Of a DNA stretch of 64,000 nt, positions 39,660-49,195 are shown one piece after another; position 1 is the stretch's first letter; every line of letters begins with the position of its first letter. The DNA is taken from positions 19,455 to 83,454 of the forward strand of contig CAYXDV010000003.1 in assembly GCA_964463925.1 (NCBI GenBank), written 5' to 3'. The position numbers and the translations under genes are program-made. The DNA is from an uncultured Gammaproteobacteria bacterium. Its GTDB lineage: Bacteria; Patescibacteriota; Microgenomatia; UBA12405. Below the pieces are notes generated by a model, which was not told the DNA's origin, ran no database searches, and was given only the letters and a program-made list of their open reading frames with translations.

Positions 39660-40133
39660 TTAATTAACTTTTCCCACGACAACTTCTGCAGGACGCAAAA
39701 TTTCGTCGTGTAATTTATAACCTATTTTGTGGACTACTAAAACCTGGTTTTCAGGTCCAGGCTGGGTACCAATGCAGGACATAGTGGACTCATCGTAAAC
39801 TTGATCCTGGGGGTTAATTTCTTCGATTCCTTCAGATTTTAGAACCTGCCTTAATTTGTCTAGAGCAATCTGCAAACCAGGATCAGATAAATGTTGATTG
39901 GCTAAATTCAGATCATCTAAAACTGGCAGAATTTTATTGAGCATACTAGCTGTGGCTAGGGTGATAAGCATTTGGCGCTGGGCTTCTATCCGTTTTTCCA
40001 GATTAGCATAATCAGCCAGAGATCGGGCCAATTTATCCTGTAGATCATGAATTTGAGTATGTAAGGTTTCAAGGGCAGGCGGGGTTTGGTTTTGAGGTTG
40101 AAGTGGTTTGGTTTTGATTTTAAGATTGGACAT
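39660..40133 (-). CDS. grpE: Nucleotide exchange factor GrpE
   Basis: Coiled-coil N-part ([20 protein letters not shown]) and C-terminal beta domain; operon position between hrcA and dnaK. Confidence 0.9.
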   Translation of the reverse strand: MSNLKIKTKPLQPQNQTPPALETLHTQIHDLQDKLARSLADYANLEKRIEAQRQMLITLATASMLNKILPVLDDLNLANQHLSDPGLQIALDKLRQVLKSEGIEEINPQDQVYDESTMSCIGTQPGPENQVLVVHKIGYKLHDEILRPAEVVVGKVN

Positions 40134-40135
40134 AA

Positions 40136-40900
40136 TTAGTGGGTAATTTGAGTAATTAAATTGGCAAAATAATCAACTAAGGGAACTACTTGCGGATAGC
40201 GGGAGCGAGCAGGACCAACAATACCAATAACACCTCGATGTGGACCAGCACTATACCGTTGATAGATGAAGCTACATGGTTCTAAATGTTGCATACCAAG
40301 CTCTTCTCCAATCAGTAAATGAACAAGCTGTTCGCTACCATAAACTTCATTGGCGACATTTAGAGTTCTTTGAATTAGATCAAACCAATATTGCTGGTTG
40401 TCCAGAAGAGAAAGAATGGTTCTAGTAACATCGATGTCAAAAAATTCTGGTTGCTCTAATAAATTTGAGGCACCAGAATAACTAATGGCACCTTGTTCAG
40501 TAGTAGAAATGGCCATGGATCGAGTTTGACGGGCAAGTTCACGTGTGGCTTCTGTTAAAAGCTTTTCAAACTCGTTGCGATAATCCCACATTTTTTCTTT
40601 AGTACCAATCTCTTCGGAAATTGATAGAGTTTTGGGGGTCATCAAGTTTCTAACATAATACTTAAGTCCCATAGAAGTCGGCATGCGACCAGAACTAAGA
40701 TGTGACTTTTTTAAAAATCCCTGGCGAGTTAATTCACTCATTTCATTACGAATAGTTGCCGAAGAACAGCCAAGTGTAAACTTGTGCTCAAGTTTTTCTG
40801 AACCAACAGGTTCGGCAGTTTCGATAAATTCTTCTACAATACATTTTAAAATTTGTACTTGTCGTTGGGTTATATCAGGCATATTAGCAGAATAATACAC
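40136..40900 (-). CDS. hrcA: Heat-inducible transcription repressor HrcA (true start probably the internal ATG MPDITQRQ... near 40882)
   Basis: ITQRQVQILKCIVEEFIETAEPVGSEKL...SSATIRNEM matches the HrcA N-terminal winged helix. At 248-254 aa it is shorter than typical HrcA. Confidence 0.85.
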   Translation of the reverse strand: MYYSANMPDITQRQVQILKCIVEEFIETAEPVGSEKLEHKFTLGCSSATIRNEMSELTRQGFLKKSHLSSGRMPTSMGLKYYVRNLMTPKTLSISEEIGTKEKMWDYRNEFEKLLTEATRELARQTRSMAISTTEQGAISYSGASNLLEQPEFFDIDVTRTILSLLDNQQYWFDLIQRTLNVANEVYGSEQLVHLLIGEELGMQHLEPCSFIYQRYSAGPHRGVIGIVGPARSRYPQVVPLVDYFANLITQITH

Positions 40901-40921
40901 AGACTGCTAATAGATGTCAAG
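40884..40921 (-). promoter_or_regulatory. hrcA promoter (TTGACA-17-TATTAT) with an embedded CIRCE-like inverted repeat TTAGCAGTC-N9-TTCTGCTAA; the transcript is probably leaderless
   Basis: Minus-strand reading: CTCAC TTGACA TCTATTAGCAGTCTGTG TATTAT TCTGCTAAT ATG. The IR matches the CIRCE consensus TTAGCACTC-N9-GAGTGCTAA at 8/9 and 6/9 positions. The rmuC stop TGA lies inside the -35 hexamer. Confidence 0.55.
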
Positions 40922-42029
40922 TGAGTAGTTCTGGCTCTTTAGGAGTTAGTTTGATTTTGTCCATGGTTCGGACTAATTGACGAGTTCTGGTAGAATTTAC
41001 CGCCTCGTATTGCTTGGCGACGGCTTCGATCTTGTCCCCTATTTTTTCAAACTCTTGATTATATTTGGCAAATTCGTTTTGGAAAGATTGAATTTGAGTG
41101 AGAACCTCCTGAAGATTTGATTGGAGTTTGAAACTATCGTAGCTTTGACGAATTAGGCGCAAAAGTGCAGTAAAGCTAAAAGGTCCAGCCATGACAACCT
41201 TTTTGACCAAGGCCTCTTGCCACAATTCTGGAAAATTTTCGTATATAAAACTAAAGATCATTTCATTGGGGATAAATAGTAAAACAAAATCGACAGTTTT
41301 GGTTGAAGGATCAATATAGTCTCTGGTGGTAACTTCTTTGATTTTGTTTTTAATATCTTGCAGGAAGGCTCTTTTGAAATTTTCTTTGCTTTCTTTGTCT
41401 TCGGTTTCGGCCATTTTAACTAAATTGGCGTAGGGAAATTTAGAATCAACATTTAAATGGCTCCCGTCGGGCATAAAAATGGTAAAGTCAGGGCGAGAGG
41501 TAGCTCCTTCTAGCTGCTTTTGATAGTCAGTGCCACCAACAAATCCAGCCATTTTTAGTAAATCTTCGGCAATTTGCTCACCAAACTGTCCTCTAAGTTG
41601 GTTATTGTTTAGAATCTTTTTAAGGCCTTCAGTAGTTACTGATAACTGCTGGGTGAGTTGGGCTTGCTGAGACAATTGAGTTTTTAGACTTTCAAAACTG
41701 CCGATCCTCCCCTGTTCTGCTTGTTCAATTTTTTTATTATTGTCTTCCAGTTGTTTTCTTATTTCGGACACCAGAGTTTCGATGGCTTGTTTTTTATTGC
41801 CCAAATCAGTTGCAATATCCTGTTTTTCGGCGGCTAGTTTTTGGTTTGCGGTAGAAATTAAAGATTGGTTAGCTTGATTTAGAATTTCTGGAAATTTTTC
41901 GTAAAATTTGGAGAAGAACAGATCAGCAGTTTTTTGTGAGTCTGGCTGACTGCGTTTGCTGAGAAAAAAAATAGTAGCGCTGGCCAATAAACAGCCGACC
42001 AGTAGACCAAGAAGCAAATATAAAAGCAT
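40917..42029 (-). CDS. rmuC: DNA recombination protein RmuC
   Basis: N-terminal TM, long coiled-coil, C-terminal RmuC nuclease-like domain (...FVLLFIPNEMIFSF...); 370 aa. Confidence 0.85.
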   Translation of the reverse strand: MLLYLLLGLLVGCLLASATIFFLSKRSQPDSQKTADLFFSKFYEKFPEILNQANQSLISTANQKLAAEKQDIATDLGNKKQAIETLVSEIRKQLEDNNKKIEQAEQGRIGSFESLKTQLSQQAQLTQQLSVTTEGLKKILNNNQLRGQFGEQIAEDLLKMAGFVGGTDYQKQLEGATSRPDFTIFMPDGSHLNVDSKFPYANLVKMAETEDKESKENFKRAFLQDIKNKIKEVTTRDYIDPSTKTVDFVLLFIPNEMIFSFIYENFPELWQEALVKKVVMAGPFSFTALLRLIRQSYDSFKLQSNLQEVLTQIQSFQNEFAKYNQEFEKIGDKIEAVAKQYEAVNSTRTRQLVRTMDKIKLTPKEPELLT

Positions 42030-42123
42030 GATTTAGCTTAGCAGATTAGTAAAAAGCAAGTCCATGGGTTTTGTGGCAAAAGTCATAACTTTTCTTTAAA
42101 GAAGATGTTATAATTATTCATAT

Positions 42124-42396
42124 ATGTCTAAATTTGAAAGATTGGCTGCTGCTGGTCTTATCGTCGTAACAACTGCAGGTGCTTCTCTTGCAGCCAAAAA
42201 ACTTTATGAGGTAGTTGACTGTACTCTCAATGAGATAACCGCTGGCAAATCTGGTGAAGCCAATTCATGTTTAGATAATTCTAAAGCTGAGGAAATTGCA
42301 GTACATACTGGAGTATCTCTAACCAGCTTAGCAATATTATTAGAAGAAGCAAATTGGCACAAGCGACGTAAAGTAATCAACAGAGACACTGAGTAA
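42124..42396 (+). CDS. Hypothetical small protein with a signal-peptide-like N-terminus (90 aa)
   Basis: One of the few plus-strand ORFs; preceded by an extended -10 (TGTTATAAT) about 10 nt upstream of the ATG; two Cys; weak support. Confidence 0.35.
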   Translation: MSKFERLAAAGLIVVTTAGASLAAKKLYEVVDCTLNEITAGKSGEANSCLDNSKAEEIAVHTGVSLTSLAILLEEANWHKRRKVINRDTE

Positions 42397-42405
42397 GCAT
42401 AGTCT

Positions 42406-45400
42406 TTAATCTTGCCTGAGGACATGCAAATTGTTTGAGTCGGGGCAATTGAGACCTTTGGTTTGGAAATCGAGATTTAAAATCTGTTGATAAACGGTCT
42501 GGATCTGTTCTTTTAATTGGCTTAACTTGTCTCTATCAATATCAAAGAATTTGGTTTCGAACTGACTCTGATTATTTGGAGTCAAATATTCAATAGCTAA
42601 TTGATTTGGTTTTGGCTGAAAAAAAGTGCTTTGCTCACATAGCAAATAGTAGAAAAGTAATTGCCGTTCGTATTCCGGGAAACGGGCATAATTACCTGGT
42701 TTACCAGTTTTAAAATCAGACAAAATGAGCCCTGTATCTGTGTATTTTAGCTTGTCGATTTTGCCTGTAACGGGGACGTTATTTATTAAAAGATGTTCTT
42801 TTTTAAAATTTCGCTCTAGCAATATTTTTTGATAGTGTTCAGTTTGGAGAGTTGGATAATAAAGAGAAAGGGTTTGTACACCTTTTTGCAGTGCCTCTTC
42901 GTAATCGTTTATATTGGCAAAAGCTTGATTGGGTAAATTCTGTTTGAAAATATTGATCAAGTCATTTTGACTAAATTTTTGACGATAATATTGAGTAAGA
43001 GCGGTATGAATAGCTGTACCGTAAAATAAATGTTTGTTTTTTGGTAGTGGCAGGGAAAGAATTTTTTGGTAGTAAAAACAATGAGGACAAAGTAAATAAT
43101 TATTTAGATCAGAGGCAGTTAATATGTAATTATTTTTTAGATATTCTTTTAGATATTTAAAAAAATGTGTATTTTTGTGGTATTTAGATAATGGTTGTAA
43201 AAAATAGGAGCGGACTGCCTGAACCGGGTCCGGGGCTTGATTAGGATTTTTTTGGATTAAATTTTCGTCTAGGTTGGTTAAAAAAAGACTGGGTAGACTT
43301 TCTTTATTGTTGTCATTAAATTTGGAATAACTAAGATATAGTTGTATTTTGGCTCTAGTGATGGCTACATAAAATAAGCGACGCTCATCCTCGTTTGCGT
43401 TTGCCTGATTGAGCAAAGAGGCACTACCAGAAATAATACCTGGAGGCAATTTAATTTTATTTCTACTACTTGTATTGCCCCAAATTTTATCGTTGAGAAA
43501 CGGCAAAAAAACGTGTTCAAATTCCAAGCCTTTGGCCTTGTGAACAGTCATTACTCGAACTTTGTTTTGCTTGAATTCTTCGGGTATAAAAAATGATAAG
43601 GGTAGTTTTTGTATTTTTTGCCAAGAGAAAATTTGCAATATTTGTGCAAAATTTAAATCTTGATTGGTTTGCTGGTAAAACTGCTGAGAAAGAGCATTTA
43701 GAGCAAATAAATTAGTGTAATTTTGGGGTAAAAATTTAAACCGACGCAAGATGTTTAAAAAAGCTTGATGAGGATTTAATCTATTAATATCTTTTTGAGA
43801 GCGAGCGACTAAGCGATTTAGTAAACGCAAGTGTGGGCTAGTCTTTTGAGAAGTGGTATAGGCAAAGAGTTCTTTGGCTGGTAATTTTATAGCATATAAT
43901 TTGGCTAAATTTTCTTGACTTGGATTGGTGCAAGTTTCTAGGACTTGCAAGAATCTGAGGATATAATTTTGAGTAAAAATATCTTGGTTATTCTCCTGAA
44001 AATAGGCAATTTGCTGGCTAGATAAATAATCTCCCACCTGAGCAGCCTGTTGGTTGGTCTTAACTAAAACAACTATTTCCTCTGGTTTGGTTTGCTGCTG
44101 AATAAGGATTTTAATACTTTGGGAAAGAATGTATAGTTCGTCGCTTGGATTAATAGCTTCGGTTAGAAATATTGGTTTGGCAGGATGTGCAGATTTGGGA
44201 GTAGGGGTCTTGTCTAGATCTGGTAGCCAGGTGGTAAGACGGTTACGATTTTGACTAATTAAGTGGTTGGCGTGAGTTAAAACATGCGGTTGACTACGAT
44301 AATTATGATGCAAAGTAATTAGGCGAACATGGCTTTTAAAACGCTGGTAAAAAGAATATATATTTTCCAGGCTGGCTCCCTGAAAACGAAAAATTGATTG
44401 GTCGTCATCACCAACGACAAAGAGGTTGGGTGTACTATCGTAGCTACCCAGGGCATAAAGTATTTGGTTCTGGGCAGTATTGGTGTCTTGATATTCGTCC
44501 ACTAAAATATATTGATTTTGTTCCTGCTGCTTGGATAAAAAATACGGATCCGAGTTGAATTTTTGCAGAACTAAAAGTAGCATGTCGTCGTAATCATAAC
44601 GATTTAAATCGCCGAGTTTTTGCTGGTAGATTTGGTAAACAGAAGCCAAATTTTCTAGTTTGGGAAGTTGACTAGACAGGTCATCGAAAATTGAAATTAA
44701 AGCAGATTTTAAATCAGAAGTTTTGGTAAAATAGCCATTTTTTTCCAGTATAAATTGATTATTAATTTCCCGATAAAATGGATCATTTCCAGGAGATAAA
44801 CTCTGCCAGTTACTTAAAATATCTGATCTAGATTTGTCGGTGGCCCGTATTTTTTTTAGAAAATCGTAAAGTGGTTGTAGACGTTTTAGGGACTGGCAAT
44901 TCTCTGTGAGCAATTGAGAAAAGGTGGCTGGCGAAAAACCCTCCCGTTTAAGTGTTTGGATTTGAGAAGAGATTTCTGTTTGATAAAAATAAGTATCCCC
45001 CCAAGGCCGCAGGGGTGATAATGGCGGCAGTGAATCAATACACCATTTTAAAACTTGACCTCGTTCTAAATCGGTTATAGGCTGAGCAGAGGGTGATAGA
45101 GAAAACTCTTCAGGAGAGTTTAGAACCAGTTCATTGCAGTAAGAATGAAAGGTGTGAATTTTGACCTGATAGGCAGTTGGTCCAAGAATAGAAAGCAAAC
45201 GTTTTTGCATGGCTAGAACTCCAGATTCAGTAAAAGTCAGAGCTAAAATAGAGCTTGGATTAACCTGAGTTTTGAGCAATATATTGGCAATTCTTAGGGA
45301 AATAGTTTGTGTTTTTCCGGTTCCAGCACCAGCTAGAACAATAACTGGACCTTCGATCGCTTCTACAGCTTGCTGCTGCTCTGGGTTTAGCTTAGCGTAT

Positions 45401-45429
45401 TCTTTTTTGTAATTTTGTTCTAAGTCCAT
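42406..45429 (-). CDS. UvrD/PcrA-family helicase fused to a C-terminal RecB-like (PD-(D/E)xK, Cys-cluster) nuclease domain; AddA/AdnB-like
   Basis: LNPEQQQAVEAIEGPVIVLAGAGTGKTQT Walker A; helicase motifs throughout. C-terminal ...LLCPHCFYYQ...GKIDKL...DFKTGKP nuclease core with additional Cys. The internal Met (MDLEQNY...) is preferred as the start because the longer ORF overlaps the divergent HAD gene. Confidence 0.82.
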   Translation of the reverse strand: MDLEQNYKKEYAKLNPEQQQAVEAIEGPVIVLAGAGTGKTQTISLRIANILLKTQVNPSSILALTFTESGVLAMQKRLLSILGPTAYQVKIHTFHSYCNELVLNSPEEFSLSPSAQPITDLERGQVLKWCIDSLPPLSPLRPWGDTYFYQTEISSQIQTLKREGFSPATFSQLLTENCQSLKRLQPLYDFLKKIRATDKSRSDILSNWQSLSPGNDPFYREINNQFILEKNGYFTKTSDLKSALISIFDDLSSQLPKLENLASVYQIYQQKLGDLNRYDYDDMLLLVLQKFNSDPYFLSKQQEQNQYILVDEYQDTNTAQNQILYALGSYDSTPNLFVVGDDDQSIFRFQGASLENIYSFYQRFKSHVRLITLHHNYRSQPHVLTHANHLISQNRNRLTTWLPDLDKTPTPKSAHPAKPIFLTEAINPSDELYILSQSIKILIQQQTKPEEIVVLVKTNQQAAQVGDYLSSQQIAYFQENNQDIFTQNYILRFLQVLETCTNPSQENLAKLYAIKLPAKELFAYTTSQKTSPHLRLLNRLVARSQKDINRLNPHQAFLNILRRFKFLPQNYTNLFALNALSQQFYQQTNQDLNFAQILQIFSWQKIQKLPLSFFIPEEFKQNKVRVMTVHKAKGLEFEHVFLPFLNDKIWGNTSSRNKIKLPPGIISGSASLLNQANANEDERRLFYVAITRAKIQLYLSYSKFNDNNKESLPSLFLTNLDENLIQKNPNQAPDPVQAVRSYFLQPLSKYHKNTHFFKYLKEYLKNNYILTASDLNNYLLCPHCFYYQKILSLPLPKNKHLFYGTAIHTALTQYYRQKFSQNDLINIFKQNLPNQAFANINDYEEALQKGVQTLSLYYPTLQTEHYQKILLERNFKKEHLLINNVPVTGKIDKLKYTDTGLILSDFKTGKPGNYARFPEYERQLLFYYLLCEQSTFFQPKPNQLAIEYLTPNNQSQFETKFFDIDRDKLSQLKEQIQTVYQQILNLDFQTKGLNCPDSNNLHVLRQD

Positions 45430-45453
45430 ATGCAATTGTAGAGGATTAACCGA

Positions 45454-45467
45454 TATAATTTGAAATG
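45454..45467 (+). promoter_or_regulatory. TATAAT -10 element 5 nt upstream of the HAD-hydrolase ATG; candidate leaderless transcript
   Basis: ccgaTATAATttgaaATG read directly; the spacing places the transcription start at or next to the start codon. Confidence 0.35.
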
Positions 45468-46025
45468 TTAGATAATTATGATTTTTTAATTTTTGATTTT
45501 GACGAAACGATAGCCAAAATAGAAATAAATTGGCAGCCATGGTGTAGTAGAGTTTTGGCTTTGTTTAGAGAGTACGAACCTAATTTTGAATTGCAGTCAG
45601 ATTGTGAAGTGGAAAACTGGCAAAACTATTTTTTGACAAAATATGCCCATACAGACTTAAGACTGAAATGGCAGAATTTTTGCGATCAATTTGAATTTAA
45701 TGCCACTGGTTTGAAACCAAATGAAAAAGTTGTAGAGTTGATAAAAAAATCGCCGCAAAAAAAATATTTATGGTCAAATAACGGTTTTGATTTCTTAAAG
45801 CTACAACTTGAAAAATTAGATATTGGAAATAAGTTTGAAAAAATAATTACCAGAGACCAAATGGAGTTAATAAAACCAAACGCCCTTGCTTTTGAAGCAA
45901 TTATTTGGGATAAAGTTTCACCATTGAATAACTATGTAATGATTGGAAATGATTGGGATAATGATTTTCGGGCTGCAAAAGGAGCTGGTATTGATTATTT
46001 GGATGTAGGAGAGTTTACTGGTTAA
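45465..46025 (+). CDS. HAD-superfamily hydrolase
   Basis: Motif I LIFDFDETIA (DxDxT); small cap; C-terminal GNDWDNDFRAAKGAGID (motif III/IV-like). Confidence 0.75.
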   Translation: MLDNYDFLIFDFDETIAKIEINWQPWCSRVLALFREYEPNFELQSDCEVENWQNYFLTKYAHTDLRLKWQNFCDQFEFNATGLKPNEKVVELIKKSPQKKYLWSNNGFDFLKLQLEKLDIGNKFEKIITRDQMELIKPNALAFEAIIWDKVSPLNNYVMIGNDWDNDFRAAKGAGIDYLDVGEFTG

Positions 46026-47436
46026 GTTCTTGCTCTAGAAGTTGTTTAGCTATTTGGGGATTGGCTTGACCATTGCTAGCCTTGATTACTTGGCCCATTA
46101 GAAAACCAATAGAGTTTGGATTTTTTTGGTAGTCGGCAATGGCTTTGGGGTTTTGGCCAAGTATCTGCTTAACAATTTGCTGAATTCCTTCTATGTCGGT
46201 ACTTTGGCTAACATAAGATAGTGGTTGCCCGGTTTTCAAGGATTGCAAGATAGCTTCGTTGATAGCATTGGCACTAGCTTGTTTGGAAATTACGGCCTGG
46301 TAGCCATCCCTAAATAATTGAGCGTTTGGCAAATTCATACTAGCTTCGATAACTGGTTTGGCACTGCCCAAAAAGCGATTGGCCACGAACTTGGCAAAAT
46401 CAGGATCGGGTGAGTTGCCTAAAATGGCATCAAATTTGTTGGCAAAGCCTTTGTCTTCAGCTAAAATTTTGGCGTCTACTGGGCTAAGGGAATAGGACAG
46501 ATAGCGATTTATTTTGGCCTCCGGCAGTTCTGGGAGTTTACTTTTTTGAAATTCGATTAATTCATTAGTTAGGACTATGGGTGGTATATCTGGCTCTGGA
46601 AAATAACGGTAATCGGCAGCGCCTTCTTTGTCACGCTGCAAATATGTTTGATTTTTTTGGCTATCCCAACCACGAGTAGTTTTATTGGAAGATGACTTGG
46701 TGATTCCAGTTTGGCGCCAATCATTTTCTTGTCGTTTGATTTCATACTCTATGGCAGCTTTGGCAAACTTCAAAGAAGCGATATTTTTTATTTCTACTAG
46801 AGGCGTGTAGACTGTTTGGCTATCATCAGTTGTTATTTGTAAATTTACGGTAGGCTCCACGCGCATAGAACCTTTTTCAATATCGGCATCAGATATTTCT
46901 AAATAGCGTATTAATTGCTGTATGTTTTTTGCATATTCTTCAGCTTCCTCACCCGAGTCCATTTCTGGTTTACTAACAATCTCGAATAGAGGCATGCCAG
47001 ATTTGTTGTAATCGATTAGAGTTTGACCAGTTTCGTGAATAGATTTAGCAGCATCCTCCTCAATATGGGCTTCGGCAATGTGGATTGTTTTTTTAGAAAT
47101 TTTTATTTCACCGGCTGTAATTATTGGCTTGTAATATTGTGAAATCTGATAACCTTTTGGTAGATCCGGATAAAAATAGTTTTTACGGTCAAACTGTGAA
47201 AGCATGGCTAAATTTTGACCATTATGATTAGGGTCTAGAGCTAGCCCTAATAATATCGCTCTATTTATCAACTCTTGATTAGGAACTGGAAGGGCACCTG
47301 GGAGACCAAAACAAACAGGACAGACATGCGTATTTGCTTCCGCTTGAAAATAATTGGTTGAACAAGAACAAAAAGCCTTGGTTTTTGTTTTGATTTGAAT
47401 ATGAATTTCTAAGCCAACTATGGGTTTAATTTTCAT
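46015..47436 (-). CDS. gatB: Asp/Glu-tRNA(Asn/Gln) amidotransferase subunit B
   Basis: MKIKPIVGLEIHIQIKTKTKAFCSCS... N-terminus; C-terminal YqeY-like tail; overlaps the gatA stop. Confidence 0.93.
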   Translation of the reverse strand: MKIKPIVGLEIHIQIKTKTKAFCSCSTNYFQAEANTHVCPVCFGLPGALPVPNQELINRAILLGLALDPNHNGQNLAMLSQFDRKNYFYPDLPKGYQISQYYKPIITAGEIKISKKTIHIAEAHIEEDAAKSIHETGQTLIDYNKSGMPLFEIVSKPEMDSGEEAEEYAKNIQQLIRYLEISDADIEKGSMRVEPTVNLQITTDDSQTVYTPLVEIKNIASLKFAKAAIEYEIKRQENDWRQTGITKSSSNKTTRGWDSQKNQTYLQRDKEGAADYRYFPEPDIPPIVLTNELIEFQKSKLPELPEAKINRYLSYSLSPVDAKILAEDKGFANKFDAILGNSPDPDFAKFVANRFLGSAKPVIEASMNLPNAQLFRDGYQAVISKQASANAINEAILQSLKTGQPLSYVSQSTDIEGIQQIVKQILGQNPKAIADYQKNPNSIGFLMGQVIKASNGQANPQIAKQLLEQELNQ

Positions 47437-48884
47437 AGTATTGGCTCCTTTTGATGATGGTTGGTTAACTGTTGAAATTGGTGGCCCAAGCTAAATAATT
47501 TGTCTTCGGAAAAATGAGGACCCAAAAGTTGTAAGCCAACTGGTAAATTTTTTGAGGTGAAACCTGAGGGAATTACTAAACCAGGAATTTGAGCTACATT
47601 GGCGCAAACAGTATAGACATCGGCCATATACATAGCCAATGGGTCATTGTTTTTTTGGCCAATTGGCCAAGCTGGAGTTGGAGAAGCTGGAGTTAAAAGT
47701 AGATCTACTTTTTCAAAAACTTCCGCAAACTCCTGGCGGATTAGTTGTCTAACTTGACTGGCGCGGTGGTAATAGGCATCATAATAACCTGCAGATAAAC
47801 AATAAGTTCCGATAATAATCCGTCGTTTCATTTCTGGTTCCATAAACTGGCCACGCGTTTTTAAATAATATTCAAGCAGATCTTTCATATCTTGGCTTCT
47901 AGATCCAAAACGAAGACCGTCGTAACGGGCCATATTTGAAGAAATTTCACAAGGAACTAAAATGTAATAGACGGCAATTCCCAAATTAGTTTTAGGAAGA
48001 CTGACTTCTTTAAATTTGACCCCAGATTTTTCAAGTTCAGAAATAGCTTTTTGAATTGTCTCTTTTACTTCTGAGTCAAGTCCTGGTCCAAAATACTCTT
48101 TTGGTAAGCCAATTGTTAGGGTTTTTAAGTCCAATTGATTCAAAAGTTGTGGATAGTTTGGTACCGGTTTTTTGCTTGAGGTGGCATCGTGTGGATCCCA
48201 ATTGGCAGTAATCTGAAGAAGAGTGGCAAGATCAGCAACATTGTTGGCAAAAAAACCAGGACAGTCAAAAGAACTGGCCATAGCAGTAATTCCATAACGT
48301 GAGTTTCTCCCGTAAGTTGGCTTGATACCTGAAACAGAACACATAGAACTCGGCTGACGAATACTGCCTCCAGTATCGGTACCTGTAGAGACCACACATA
48401 AACCGGCAGCCTGGGCGGCGGCTGAGCCTCCAGAGCTTCCACCAGGAATTAGATTTAGATCCCAGGGGTTACGCGTTGGTCCATAGCCAGAATTTTCAGT
48501 GCTAGCACCAAAAGCAAAAGTGTCTGTATTAGTCTTGCCAACCAAAATTGCTCCGGCATTTTCTAGTCGTTGGTAAACCGTAGATGAATATTGTGGGATA
48601 TAATTTTCTAAAACTTTGGAACCTGAAGTGGTGCGAATACCTTGTGTTAGAAAAATATCTTTGACTGCTAGGGTAATGCCTTCAAGAGGCCGTATTTGTC
48701 CGTTTGAAAAATTTATGTCTGCTTCTTTGGCTTTATTTAAGGCAAAATCGTTGGTGACTGTTAAAATGGCATTTAACTTTTGATTTTGGGTTTGAATTTT
48801 ACTAAGTTGTTTTTCTACAAATTCAAAAACAGAATATTTCTTTGATCGGAAATCAGCTTGGAGAGAAGATATGTCTAATTTCAT
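47433..48884 (-). CDS. gatA: Asp/Glu-tRNA(Asn/Gln) amidotransferase subunit A (amidase signature)
   Basis: GGSSGGSAAAQAAG amidase signature, Ser-cisSer-Lys triad context. Confidence 0.95.
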   Translation of the reverse strand: MKLDISSLQADFRSKKYSVFEFVEKQLSKIQTQNQKLNAILTVTNDFALNKAKEADINFSNGQIRPLEGITLAVKDIFLTQGIRTTSGSKVLENYIPQYSSTVYQRLENAGAILVGKTNTDTFAFGASTENSGYGPTRNPWDLNLIPGGSSGGSAAAQAAGLCVVSTGTDTGGSIRQPSSMCSVSGIKPTYGRNSRYGITAMASSFDCPGFFANNVADLATLLQITANWDPHDATSSKKPVPNYPQLLNQLDLKTLTIGLPKEYFGPGLDSEVKETIQKAISELEKSGVKFKEVSLPKTNLGIAVYYILVPCEISSNMARYDGLRFGSRSQDMKDLLEYYLKTRGQFMEPEMKRRIIIGTYCLSAGYYDAYYHRASQVRQLIRQEFAEVFEKVDLLLTPASPTPAWPIGQKNNDPLAMYMADVYTVCANVAQIPGLVIPSGFTSKNLPVGLQLLGPHFSEDKLFSLGHQFQQLTNHHQKEPIL

Positions 48885-49180
48885 TCTTTGTGGACAGTTT
48901 GGGGAGCAATAATATAATTACCGTCAGTATTGGCACTGCTTAGGAGATCTGCTTTTGATAAACCAGGGGAAACAATATCTTCTCTAAAGTCATTGTTATT
49001 TATTGGCTGAAGATTTTTTCCCTGTTCCTGTATATCTATTTTTTTTATAATTTCAAGATAATTAAAAATTGCTGAAATCTGAGATAAATATAGATCAATT
49101 TCCTCATCTGTTAGATTGAGCCGTGCCAAGTGGGCAGTTTTTTTGAGATCGCTTTTTGTAAGAATTGGATTACCGTCCAT
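48881..49180 (-). CDS. gatC: Asp/Glu-tRNA(Asn/Gln) amidotransferase subunit C
   Basis: 99 aa; LTKSDLKKTAHLARLNLTDEEIDLY...; 4-nt overlap with gatA. Confidence 0.85.
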   Translation of the reverse strand: MDGNPILTKSDLKKTAHLARLNLTDEEIDLYLSQISAIFNYLEIIKKIDIQEQGKNLQPINNNDFREDIVSPGLSKADLLSSANTDGNYIIAPQTVHKE

Positions 49181-49195
49181 GATTGATATTGTAAC

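Noticed and set aside
45430-45540. N-terminal extension of the helicase-nuclease ORF (MAANLFLFWLSF...)
   Set aside because: It overlaps the divergent HAD hydrolase start. UvrD-family proteins begin close to the LNPEQ..AV motif, which follows the internal Met.
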